Source: Emiliania huxleyi CCMP1516
Lineage: Eukaryota
NCBI RefSeq assembly: GCF_000372725.1
Contig: NW_005201092.1
Location: 170,395-234,394 of the forward strand
DNA length: 64,000 nucleotides
Direction: 5' to 3'
The notes under the pieces were generated by a model. It saw nothing but the letters and a program-made list of their open reading frames with translations. It ran no database searches and was not told where the DNA came from. Every line of letters begins with the position of its first letter. Position 1 is the first letter of the stretch. This document shows positions 34,306-45,419 of this stretch, one piece after another. A program made the translations under genes and the position numbers.

Positions 34306-34679
34306 GCGGCGTTCGATCAACGACGCCAGCGTATTTTTATTTCAAGGCGCTGTTCACACAAAAACACAACCCCGGACCCAAGACGCACAAGGAAGCACAG
34401 ACAGTCGAAGAAAGAAAGAAAGAAAGAAAACAGACAACCCAAACGAGGGATGGGGGAGGAGGACAGGGTCCACACCTGCACGAGCAGGATTTTGGCGAAG
34501 AGATTCTCCAGCGCCGCCGCGCTCGTCGGTTGGGATCGCATCCATGCCGACAATCTGCTCCGACTCGCTCTGCACATACTTGACCATCTTTTGATCTTGC
34601 CATCTTTACTCCGTTTACCGTTATCTCCACACAACCAGCCGTGTCCGTCCACGCAGCACAGCAGCACAGCACACGGAGG

Positions 34680-37490
34680 TTGAGTCACTTGCGTGACACA
34701 CGTTGTCCGGGCGCCATGTGCGACAGTGCTGGCACCCTGCAGGAAAGGCGACCTGGTAGGGAGCAAGGGCACGCGGAACCATCCCTTCACGCCTGCGGAG
34801 AGAGGTCCTCATTGCGGAGAGGTCCTCACATCAGGTCCTCTCGCCTGCGGCGTGCGGCCCCCCCGGAATTCATGCTTCACTTCACCAACAACCACCCTCC
34901 ATGCACCCTCCAGTCAGATCACGAGTGTACTCCAGGAAGCTGTGGGGCCACTCCCCTACACATCGGTACCCGTGACAACACTGTCGCGGCCAGAGGTCCT
35001 CACTACGGGACCAAAAGGAGAGAGGTCCTCACATGCACACGGGCCCACAGCGCGCGATCTTGTTCACACCTCCCATGCGCACTCTCAGATCACCATGGGA
35101 GGAGCCAGGGCAAGCAAGAGAGAGCCATGGGGGAGGCGAGCTCAGGACAGCCCCCGCACACAAGGCTAATCATTCACAAGGGGTTCCTAGTCGGAAAAGG
35201 CGTTAATTCTTGATATATACAGGTAGGTTTTATACAGATAGGTTTTGCATGCCTCAACACCCGCGTTCGCCATGCGGAAGTCCTCGATCTGTTCACATAA
35301 CTTTGTAGAAACAACCTGCTCTGCGATGGCCGTGTGAAGAACGACTGAGATACGCTGCTTCTGCAGCCCCAGCCAGTTCTTGGTGGTCCACGTCACCTCG
35401 TCGAGGTACTGGGCCCGCGTCAGTTTGTTCTGCAGCACGTAAAAAGAACTTTACATCGGTCCGCACACTGGCCATAAAAAACAAAAAACAACAAAAAAAA
35501 CGAAGGGCGATGTTTAGGTACTACAAGCACACCATCAACGATGCAAAGCTTTGCCACACATGACATGTGCATGTACATGTACCTTGTTCAATTCAACCCC
35601 TGCTTCGTATCTCATTATAACCGCGAAGCTGCACAGACCTCTCCCTCAGACCTCCATCGAAGGTTAAACCGCAAATGAACGAGATCCTCTCCTAAAAAAA
35701 GGTGTTGCGCCCCATCGCGAGGATGAGCTCGGCCTCAAGCTCAACAAAATATCTCATTCTGAGGACCTCTCTGTCTATGTACTATGAGGACGTCGATGAG
35801 GACCTCTCTTGTGTTTATGAGGACCTCGCTCCCGCCGACTCCCCATGGCGTAGCAGCCCGTCCTGCTCCATCCGCTGCGCCTTTGCGCTCAGACCGAGCG
35901 GGGGTACCAATCGCGACTCCCTCTGTCTCTCTCTCTTGCTCCTCCAAACCATCCACCCCGGCCACTGGAGAGCCGAGTCAGCTGCATAGCTCCCTTTATA
36001 AAGCCGTAAGGAGGGTCAGAACTTTTTGTCTTTTGTTGTGCGAGGGGTCTTGAGTCACTTGCGTGACGCACGTTGTCCGGGCGCTGTGTGTGACAGTGGG
36101 CTGGCACCCTGCAGGAAAGGCGACCTGGTAGGGAGCCAGGGCACGCGGAACCATCCCTTCGCGCCTGCGGAGAGAGGTCCTCATTGCGGAGAGGTCCTCA
36201 CATCAGGTCCTCTCGCCTACGGCGTGCGGCCCCCCCGGAAATTCATGCTTCACTTCACCAACAACCACCCTCCATGCACCCTCCAGTCAGATCACGAGTG
36301 TACTCCAGGAAGGTAGCTGGGGCCACTCCACTCCACATCGGTACCCGTGACAACACTGTCGCGGCCAGAGGTCCTCACTACGGGGCCAAAAGGAGAGAGG
36401 TCCTCATATGCACACGGGCCCACAGCGCGCGATCTTGTTCATACCTCCCATGCGCACTCTCAGATCACCATGGGAGGAGCCAGGGCAAGCAAGAGAGAGC
36501 CATGGGGGAGGCGAGCTCAGGACAGCCCCCGCACACACGGCTAATCATTCACAAGGGGTTCCTAGTCGGAAAAGGCGTTGATTCTTGATAACAGGTAGGT
36601 TTTATACAGATAGGTTTTGCATGTGTCAATGGTGCGAGGGGTTCCTTCACCAGGGAGTTTGTGTATGGTGCGGGTGGTAGGCTTTGCACGGTGGTTTTGT
36701 GTATAGTTAGTGCGGGATGTCGACACGTTTCAGTGGCACTGGTGTCGATGGTGCAACATCTCCCTATTCGAGCATTACAAGTATTTACCTGCGCACACTC
36801 AGATCACCATGGGAAGAGCCAAGGCCAGCAAGAGAGAGCCATGGGGGGAGGCGAGCTCAGTCCCCGCTCAAGCCTTTTCACACAATATACACATTGTTCA
36901 CATTGTTCACATTGCGACACACAATACACACGCGGACGGCGGAGGTATGCGTCTTGCGTAACACGCGCTGTCCGGGCGCTGAGACCTGTCTGTTGACAGT
37001 GGGCTGGCACCCTGCAGGGAAGGCGACCTGGTCGGGAGTTGTCAAGGGCACTCGGAGCCACCCGTGCGCGCCTGCCCGAGGTCCTCATTGCGGAGAGGTC
37101 CTCACATCAGCTAGTTCCTCACTGCGGTGCCCCCCCCCCCCCCCCTCCCCCAAAATTCATGCTTCACCCTCCCCCCACCAACAACTACCCTCCCTCCACC
37201 CTCCAGTCAGATCACATGTATTTTAGGAAGTTCATGGGGCACCGCACGCTCCTGACAATACTCTCGCGGCCAGAGGTCCTCACTACGGGACCAAAAGGAG
37301 GGAGGTCCTCACACAGACACAGGCCCACAGCGCGCGGTCTTGTTCACACCTCCCACGGCGCTATCACAGATCACCATGGGAGGAGCCAGGGCAAGCAAGA
37401 GAGAGCCACAGGGGGAGGCGAGCTAGTCCCCGCACAAGGCTTAGTTAGTAAGCACAAGGGGGGTCCTGTCAACGTGCAAAACGCGTTGAT
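34680..37490. repeat. Cluster of three ~540-570 bp direct repeats rich in GAGGTCCTC
   Basis: 34680-35251 and 36050-36623 are near-identical; a diverged third copy lies at about 36955-37490 and a partial copy at about 36790-36870. Confidence 0.92.
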
Positions 37491-37905
37491 ACAGATGTGA
37501 AGAAAAGAGGACTTTTGTATCGATCGTGCAAAATCTCCCCCGTCTACTAAGATCTTGTTTCGATTATCTCCATCATGATAAACCACCTTGTGTGTGTGTG
37601 TGTGCACACACACAACCACCTTTCGATCGATTGCTCAAGAACAAGCCCATGTCCATGTCCATGTCCATGTCCTAGTCCATGTCCATGTCCATGTATGTAT
37701 GTAGGAAGGTGAATAGCCCACACACGATTGATTGATTGATGGGAAGGCGAAACACAGTCCGACCAACGACTGGGACACCAACGCGGTATGGGTGGACGCT
37801 AGACGGGCGATGACGGTCACACAGCAGCGACACACAGAACCACAAGACAAGACACACCCGCACATGCACCTGCCCCACCTGTTCGGAGCCCGAACCCTCC
37901 CTCGC

Positions 37906-40380
37906 ATGGCCTCAGAGTGCTTCGTCGGCGTAAAGCCCTTCGAGCGAGCGCTTGTCAAGCTGCTCTCGTCAGACGGCGTCCCACTCCCTCGGTGCTCCGC
38001 TCACCCGCTTCTATCCGACGAGCCGCCGGCGCCGGCGCTGACTTGGGAGCGGCTGCACTCGGAGGTGCACCCGGCCGGCACCGCGGCGGGCGGCGCGCTG
38101 CCAGCGTCGCGCGTGCAGCGGAAGTGCTGGCAGATTGAGTCGCTCGTCTCTCTAGCTGCGGTGCTCGTCGAGGGCCTGGCAGAAGCGGGCGCCTCGCCTG
38201 CTACGCCTGCCACCGCCGCCGCTGCCACCAACTCTGTCACTAGTGAGGCTGAGCCTGCTGCGAGTGCTATGGGCTCTACTGCTGCCGCCGTCACCTTTCC
38301 TGCCTCCGCTGCCTTCTCTCCCACCTCTCCCTTCGCTGCCACCGCTGCCATCGCTGCCTCCGCTGCTACTATCTCGGCCGACGTCGCTGCCGGTGGGAGG
38401 AGATGGCACCTCGTCGACTTCGCCGGCGGCTGCGGCCCGCTTGGCTTGCCTCTGGCGGCGATGCTGCCGCACTGCACAGTGACCATCGTCGAGCTCAAGG
38501 CGAGGTCGCTCGAGATTGCGCGCGGCCGCGCGGCGGCGGCCGGCCTGACGAACGTCCGCTTCGTGTGCGGCGACCTCGGCGCGTTCGACGAGCCGTTCGA
38601 CGTTGGCCTCGCCCTCCATGCCTGCGGCACCGCCTCCGACCTCGTGCTGCGCGCGTGCGTCGCCGCTCGCGCTTGCTTTGTCGTCTGCCCGTGCTGCACC
38701 GGCACGCTGAGCTTGCCCGAGATTGCCCGAGATTGACCGAGATTGCCCGAGACTGCCCGAGATTGGCCGAACTGCACCGGCACGCCGAGATTGCCCGAGA
38801 TTGCCCGATATTGCCCGAGATTGCCCGAGATTGCCCGCGATTGCCTTGCGATTGCCCGAGCTGCACCGGCGCGAACTTTCCCGCAGGCAAGCTGAGCGCG
38901 GCGCGGCGCGACGTGTACCGCTTCGGCGCCGCCGGCAGCAACGAGGCGCGCACACCCACTCTTTGGGGAGTGGCGAGAAGAGTGGTTGTTGATTCATTGG
39001 GAGTGGCGAGGGAGCGGTTGTTAATTAATGGCTGGCTGACGCCGGCGGCAGCGACGCGCGGGTGGCCTGACCAGGATGGCCTGTCCCCTTGCCTTGCTCT
39101 TCAACCGCTCGCTCGCTCCTCTCTAGTGCTCCTCTCTAGTGCTCCTCTCTAGTGCTCCTCTCTAGTCCACCCGCACGTGCGCCCCCCCGCCGCCGCCGCC
39201 GACCGCCGTGCCGCCCTGTCCGTCCCTCACAACGCCACAACCCCGGGCCCAAGATCGCACACGCACAGACGCCGAGAAGGGACAGACAGTCGACGGCAGT
39301 CACAAGGCAGCACCGGGTCCCGGGAAGGCGAATGCGAGGACGGCCTCCATGCGTGCGAGCTCTAGCTAGTGAGCTCCAAGCGGGCTGGTTGCTCCTCCTC
39401 ACAGGTGCGGGTCGCCTACCCGCGCTGGAGCGTGACATGATTGCTATAGCGTGACATGGTTGCGACTCCTCACAGGTGCGGGTCGCCTACCCGCGCTCCG
39501 CCGCCGTCGCCGCCGCCCTCACGCCGAGCGAGTACGACTTTTTGGCGTGCGCCGCCGACGTGTCGGACGAGGCGCGTGTTGCGCGGCGGGCGGTGATGCC
39601 TGTGGGTGGTGCACTGCGAGTGGAGTGCGTGAACTAGGCGCTGCTGCGCGGCGAGCGCGGCATGCTTCGGCGCATGGCCAAGGAGTTCCTCGAGCAGGAC
39701 CGCGCGCTCTGGGCGGCCGAGCGAGGCGAGTGAATGAGTAGGGATTGCTGATTCACTCATTAGGACCGCGCGCTCTGGGCGGCCGAAGGAGGCTATGCCG
39801 TGCGGGTGACGAGGACGCTCCGGCTCGTCGCATCGCCCGACATGTCGAGGACACGTCGGTGACATGTCCGAGACATGCCCATAGGATGCACCGGCTCGAC
39901 GCGTCGCCCAAGAGCCACATCCTCTGCGGCTGGCCGCTGGAGCGTGACATGATTGCTATAGCGTAACATGATTGCTATAGGAACCGCATCCTCTGCGGCT
40001 GGCCGCTGGAGCGTGACATGATTGCTATAGCGTGACATGATTGCTATAGGAACCACATCCTCTGCGGCTGGCCGCTGGAGCGGTCTCCCTCGCAGAGGGC
40101 GGTGCGGCGCCTCGCCACCCATGGGCGAGTCTGGGAGCCTCCTCGGACCCTCGTCGGCGCCTTCCTGCAGGTGGCGCGGCGCTTCGCCTCCCAGAGCGAC
40201 GCCGATGGCGCCGTCGCTCTCGACGCGCCGGTCACGCCGAGAGAGCCCCTTCTCGGAACGTTCGTGGAACCTTCCCGTAGGCTCGCTCGCGGCGATGGGG
40301 CGGCTGCGGGCAGAGGCGCGCGAGGGAGGGGCGGGCGACGGCGGCACGTGCGGCGATTGCGCGGAGGGCGACGGCGTCCG

Positions 40381-40432
<52 letters not shown>

Positions 40433-40969
40433 GACGGTGGTGACGGCGGTGACGGTGGTGACGGCGGTGACGGCGGTGACGGTGGTGACGGCGGTGACGG
40501 TGGTGACGGCAAGGGCCGCGGCGGCGGCGGCGATGCCGCCGGCGGCGAGGGCAGCGGCGGCGGCGGAGGCAAAGAGGGCGGCGGCGGTCAGCGTGGGCCG
40601 GGGGTGGCGATGGCGGCGAGGCTCGGCGCGATTTTAGCGGCGTCTGAGTGGGACAAGGACGAGGTGCGCACCCTGGTGATGCATGGGGCTCTCCGCAAAA
40701 GATGCGGGGGGCGGCTCGGGCCCTTGCCCCGCCCTTCCGAGCGGAGACTCTGACGCCACCGTGCACTCTCGCCGCAGGTGCGCGAGGTGGAGGAGGCCCT
40801 GAGGCGAGTCGGGGTTGGCGAGGAGGCGACGCTGCAGGCCAACAGCAGCCGGCGGCGGCGGCTGGTGCACTTCGTGGCCGACGGCCTCGGCTTTCACCAC
40901 GCGAGTGTGGCCGGCGACCAGAACGGCGGCCGGGCACACTTTGGCGCAGTCCGCGTGCGCAGGCTCTGA
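37906..40969 (+). CDS. GSTCD-like class I methyltransferase (Methyltransf_32-like) with a possible C-terminal R3H-like domain (spliced)
   Basis: RKCWQIESL, HLVDFAGGCGPLGLPLA, GLALHACGTASD, VCPCCTG|KL, YPRS, LEQDRALWAAE, SPKSHILCGWP; terminal exon SSRRRRLVHFVADGLGFHHAS (RxxxH). The frame link to the last exon is uncertain. Confidence 0.78.
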
Positions 40970-41437
40970 TCATTTGCTCGCATCTTATTGTTAGTTAAAA
41001 ACTCGACCACGCTGGATGCGCACCTCGTACCACACACAGTTCAACGTGTCCGCTGCCCCGCTCACCATGTACAACGAGACAAATTGGCACCGGCCGGATT
41101 GGCAGCGATGATTTGAGTGAGAGATACACGGCGAGTGTATCTCTCAGGCCTGCCTGTTGTGGGTGCTGCTCCATGCTCGCACCGAGCCCTGTGATACGTA
41201 TAATTGCTGCGGTACGTCTAGAGTTTGTGTCATCGGCGGAATCACCCACTCGTTTGGCTGTCGTCGCTGTCTGGCCTCTGAGCTCTGTTCTCGAATGACG
41301 GTGTGTGTGTGGCGCCCACTCGCTTGCTTTTTCGCTCCATAGTGGACCGGAGGGCTACGAAGCCTTCACACTCCAAGGGGCTGTGTGGCGCCAGACTAGT
41401 CGGGGGCTGTGGGTGGCCCGCTTCCGCCTCTTCGCTT

Positions 41438-42400
41438 TTACACAAACGCGTGTTCCCCCTTCTGCTCGCGCTCGGCCGCTGTGCCTGAGCCGCGCTGCGG
41501 CTTACGGTATGGCCGGTCGACGTGCACGATCGAGGAGCGGAGGGAGCATCGGTACTCGCCAAGGCCGTCCTCGTCGCGCGCCTCCTGGTAAGAGCGGTGG
41601 TCGGCTCCCGTATCCTCGGCGTGACGGTCGCGCGAGCAGAAGACGGCCTGGATCACGCCGCCGCCAAAGAGGGAGAATCCAAAGACGACGAAGGCATAGA
41701 AGAAGGGGTACATGCCATCGCCGACCTCCGACAGCGTCGCGCCTATTTGCACGTGATGGGAGGGGTTAGGAGAGGCCAATTCATACTCTCCGCTACGTCC
41801 AGCGCAGCGAGGGTCGTGCCTGGGTACCACTGCAGAGCAGCCGCCTTCGAGGGATCCTTTGCCGCCGCCGTTGCCGCTAGGATCGCGTGGAAGCGCTCCG
41901 CGTAGAAGAGCGGCGCCATCGTGACATGGAGGAAGAAGAGGGCCTGCAGGAAGCCGCGAGACCGCCAGGCGAGCGCGTCGTCGAGGGGGCGCGGCCGCGC
42001 GTAGACCTTGAGCAGCATGAACTTTTGGATGGTGACGGAGAGCAGCAGGGAGATGCCGCCGATGAAGTAGAGGACCGGCGCGGCGGGGCCGAAGCACATG
42101 ACAACGGCGACCAGCTTGAGCATGTGCGCGTAGCGATCGGCAAAGATCCACTCGGGCGGCCGGAACCACGCGTTGATTGAGAGCTGCGCGCTCTTGCATC
42201 GGGCAAGGAGGCGCTTGAGCAGCATGAGGCCGATCGCGCTTATCTCCGAGAGGAGCACGAGGAGCACGATGTCGGTCAGCGCAATCACAATCATCTGCGG
42301 CACGACGCCAGTCGCTTCGTACCACCCGACGTTGGAGAGACGCATCGCAAAGGCCTGCATCACGGTGCAAAAGACGACATAGGCGGCGTGGAAGCTCGAG
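41438..42400 (-). CDS. TMC/OSCA-like multi-pass membrane protein, C-terminal part only
   Basis: WYEATGVV..IALTD; FRPPEWIFADRYAHMLKLVAVVMCFGPAAPVLYFIGGISLLL..QKFMLLKVYARPRPLDDALA. No N-terminal exons were recognised. Confidence 0.55.
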   Translation of the reverse strand, partial: LELPRRLCRLLHRDAGLCDASLQRRVVRSDWRRAADDCDCADRHRAPRAPLGDKRDRPHAAQAPPCPMQERAALNQRVVPAARVDLCRSLRAHAQAGRRCHVLRPRRAGPLLHRRHLPAALRHHPKVHAAQGLRAAAPPRRRARLAVSRLPAGPLLPPCHDGAALLRGALPRDPSGNGGGKGSLEGGCSAVVPRHDPRCAGRSGEYELASPNPSHHVQIGATLSEVGDGMYPFFYAFVVFGFSLFGGGVIQAVFCSRDRHAEDTGADHRSYQEARDEDGLGEYRCSLRSSIVHVDRPYRKPQRGSGTAAEREQKGEHAFV

Positions 42401-43045
42401 GAGACGCGCCGAACGATTCGAACAGCAGCAGCTGCACTTCGACGCCCTTGTCTTCCCTGGCGTAGCGATAGTCCCCGCCGTAGAGATTTGGGACCTCTGC
42501 GCCGGCAATGCCCGCCGGCAAGCTCACATTTGCCATCGTCCTTCAAGGCGGTTTCAACTTCGGTCCGCCGTCCGTATCCGGAAGGCACTGAATTCCGCGA
42601 GCTTGCGATCGATGGGTGAGAGCGAGCCAGCAGTCCACCTCTGGGTATTTCGTAAGAGCTATACCGGGCGGCCCTGGATGGGGGCCTTCCTAGGGCCCCC
42701 CTTCTCGAACCTCGTGCCTGAGCATCGAGTGGAGGGTGCCCCGGATCCATCTGCCACGTGAGCGTGTGTCAGAGTCAGTCCTCTCGGCTCGGCGCGTCGC
42801 GGGCGCTGGGCCCGGTCGCGGTGCTGATGTGTGATGAAGGGGCGGATTCTAATTTATATCCGAGGCGGATTCTATCTCTAACGGGTTTGTGGCTTTAAAC
42901 CGAAAGGGAAGGCGCCTCGCGGACGGACCACGCAACATCGCAAGGCGGCGACCCCGCCACGAATACGCCCACCTCCTCTCGCAACCCGCGGCTGCGCCTA
43001 AAGCTCTCCCCATTCCGCTCCGCTACGGCCCCTCTCGCGCCCGCT

Positions 43046-43092
<47 letters not shown>

Positions 43093-43101
43093 GAAGCGCG
43101 C

Positions 43102-44791
43102 TCACGCGAGCGAGCGAGCGCACACCTCGAAGGTGTCCTTGGAGAGGCCCGGCAGCGCCTTGATCCGCGAAAGCTGCGCGCGCATCAGCTCGCCGCGCTC
43201 GGCGTCGTACCGCTTGTGCAGCGCAAAGGCGCCCGCCAGCCGGCTCGCCACCTGCGGGTTGATTTTGTCGACCTTCTCGATCGCGTCGCCGAGCCACGCA
43301 TACGCGGCGCCGCCCGGCGCGTGGAAGTGCTCCATCGACGAGGCGAAGGCGGAGACGACGGAGCGGAGCCGGTTCGGGTTGGTCCACGAAAAGTCCGGGT
43401 GCTGGACGAGCGCCTGCGCTCGGGCAATCTCGGGTAATCTCGGAGAACCACGACAATCCCGGATCTCGCAGCATGTCGGATCATCTCAACTGCACCTCGG
43501 CTGTACCTCGGCCGCACCTCGGCTGCACCTCGGCTGCACCTCGGCTGTACCTCGGCTGCACCTCGGCTGCACCTCGGCTGCACCTCGGCTGCACCTCGGC
43601 CGCATCTCGGCTGCATCTCGGCTGCATCTCGGCCGCATCTCGGCTGCATCTCGCACCTTGACGTCGTCGAGCAGCCCGGCGCGGTCCGCCGTGGCCTGCG
43701 TCACGAACCACTTGTTGAGATATGGGGAGATATGGGGAGATGTGGCTCGAGAGATGGGGAGAGATGGCCTGCGTCATGAACCACTTGTTTACCACGAGCG
43801 CGTCGCCGCCCGCGGCCTCGTGGAAAGCGGCGACGGCAGCCGCGCGCTCGGCGGCCGCGGGCGAGTCGTCGGGCTTGCCGACGAGGCAGGAGAAGGCGGC
43901 GAGGCGGTCCGTCATGCAGCCGGCGGAGGCGTCGAACTGCGCCTGGGACAGGGGGGGGAGGGGGGAGAGGAGGGGGAGATTGATAGGGGTGTACGGCAGT
44001 CGGTTCGCCTGGAGGTAAGGGCTAGGTGGCCGCAATCTCCCGCAATCCCCCGCAATCTCCGCAATCCCCCGCAATCCCCCGCAATCTCCCGCAATCTCCA
44101 CGCCTTTGCGCGCGCGACCGCGTCGCGCCCCCCCGGCGAGCCGTCGGGCAGCGAGCAGAGGTAGCCGAGCGCGCAGTTGCGCAGCCGGCGGCGGCCGATC
44201 TCAGCGCCGTCCACCGAGAAGGGCGCGCCGGGCGGCGGGGCGAGGGAGTCGTAGAGCGCGACCAGCTCCTGCTCGCAGGCGAGCGCGAGCGAGCGGCGCA
44301 CCGCGCGGCGGGCGGCGGGCAAGTTGGTCGGGTCGATGACCGCCATCGCCTAATTAATTGACAAATCAACTGTTAATTAACTATTAATTGCAAGTTGGTC
44401 GGGTCGATGACCGCCATCGCCTAATTAGCTAATCAACTATTAATTGACTATTAATTGCAGCTTGGTCGGGTCGATGACCGCCATCGCCTGCGAGAGCTCC
44501 GAGAGCGGAGGCAGCACGAGAGCGTACGCGCGGAGGGACGGGTCGAGGCTCGCGTCGGAGAGGGTCGACCGGAAGGCGGCGAGGAAGGGCGCGGGCAGCT
44601 CGACGGCCGCGTCCGGCTTCGCGCCGCCTGCCGAAGCGAAGGCTCTCACGGACTAACTGCCGAGACTTTTTAATCAAGTCGTTGTGTCATTAAAGCGCCT
44701 GCCGCGGCGAAGGCGGAGGCGGTGTCGAGCACGAGCTTGGCGCCGAGGGCCTGCCCGGCCTCCCACCTAACCATAACAATAATGAATACCC

Positions 44792-44833
<42 letters not shown>

Positions 44834-45387
44834 GCCCGGCCGCCCCACCGGTTGAAGGCGTCGGTGTCGTGCGCCTGCGTGCTGAGTACGCCGGCATGAG
44901 GGCGGGAAGGCGGTACTGTGCGGTGCATTCAGAGCACCGCGTGAACACAACGAATAGGAGTACGGCGGAGTACAGCGGGGTACAGCGGGGTACAGCGGGG
45001 TACAGCGGGGTACGTGTCTCTCGGGCGCTAGTTGGAATGCAAGAAGACATATTCCGCGTCTAGGGTCGTGCGCCGCAAGAAAGGCGAGGGTGTCGTCGGT
45101 GAGGGCGGGCTCGTGCACCAGCTTCACGGGCGCCTTTAATTGATTAATTGCCTTTAATTAATTAATTAATCAAAGCTCGTGCACCAGCTTGACGGGCGCC
45201 GAGAAGCCGCGCAGGATCGACGGCACGACCTAATTAATTCATCGGCGAGAACTCGTTTTTCATCCCTTGGATAATTCGCGCAGGGCCGACGACGGCACGA
45301 CCGGCGCGGGCAGCCCGTCGAAGGTGAAGGTCTGCGAGGCCTCGCGCAGCTCGAGCGTGCGCGAGGCGACCACCTATTATTATTATT

Positions 45388-45419
<32 letters not shown>

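Noticed and set aside
39793..40572. Antisense (PPS)n extensin-like ORF
   Set aside because: It is the reverse reading of the GGCGGTGAC repeat within the plus-strand gene region.
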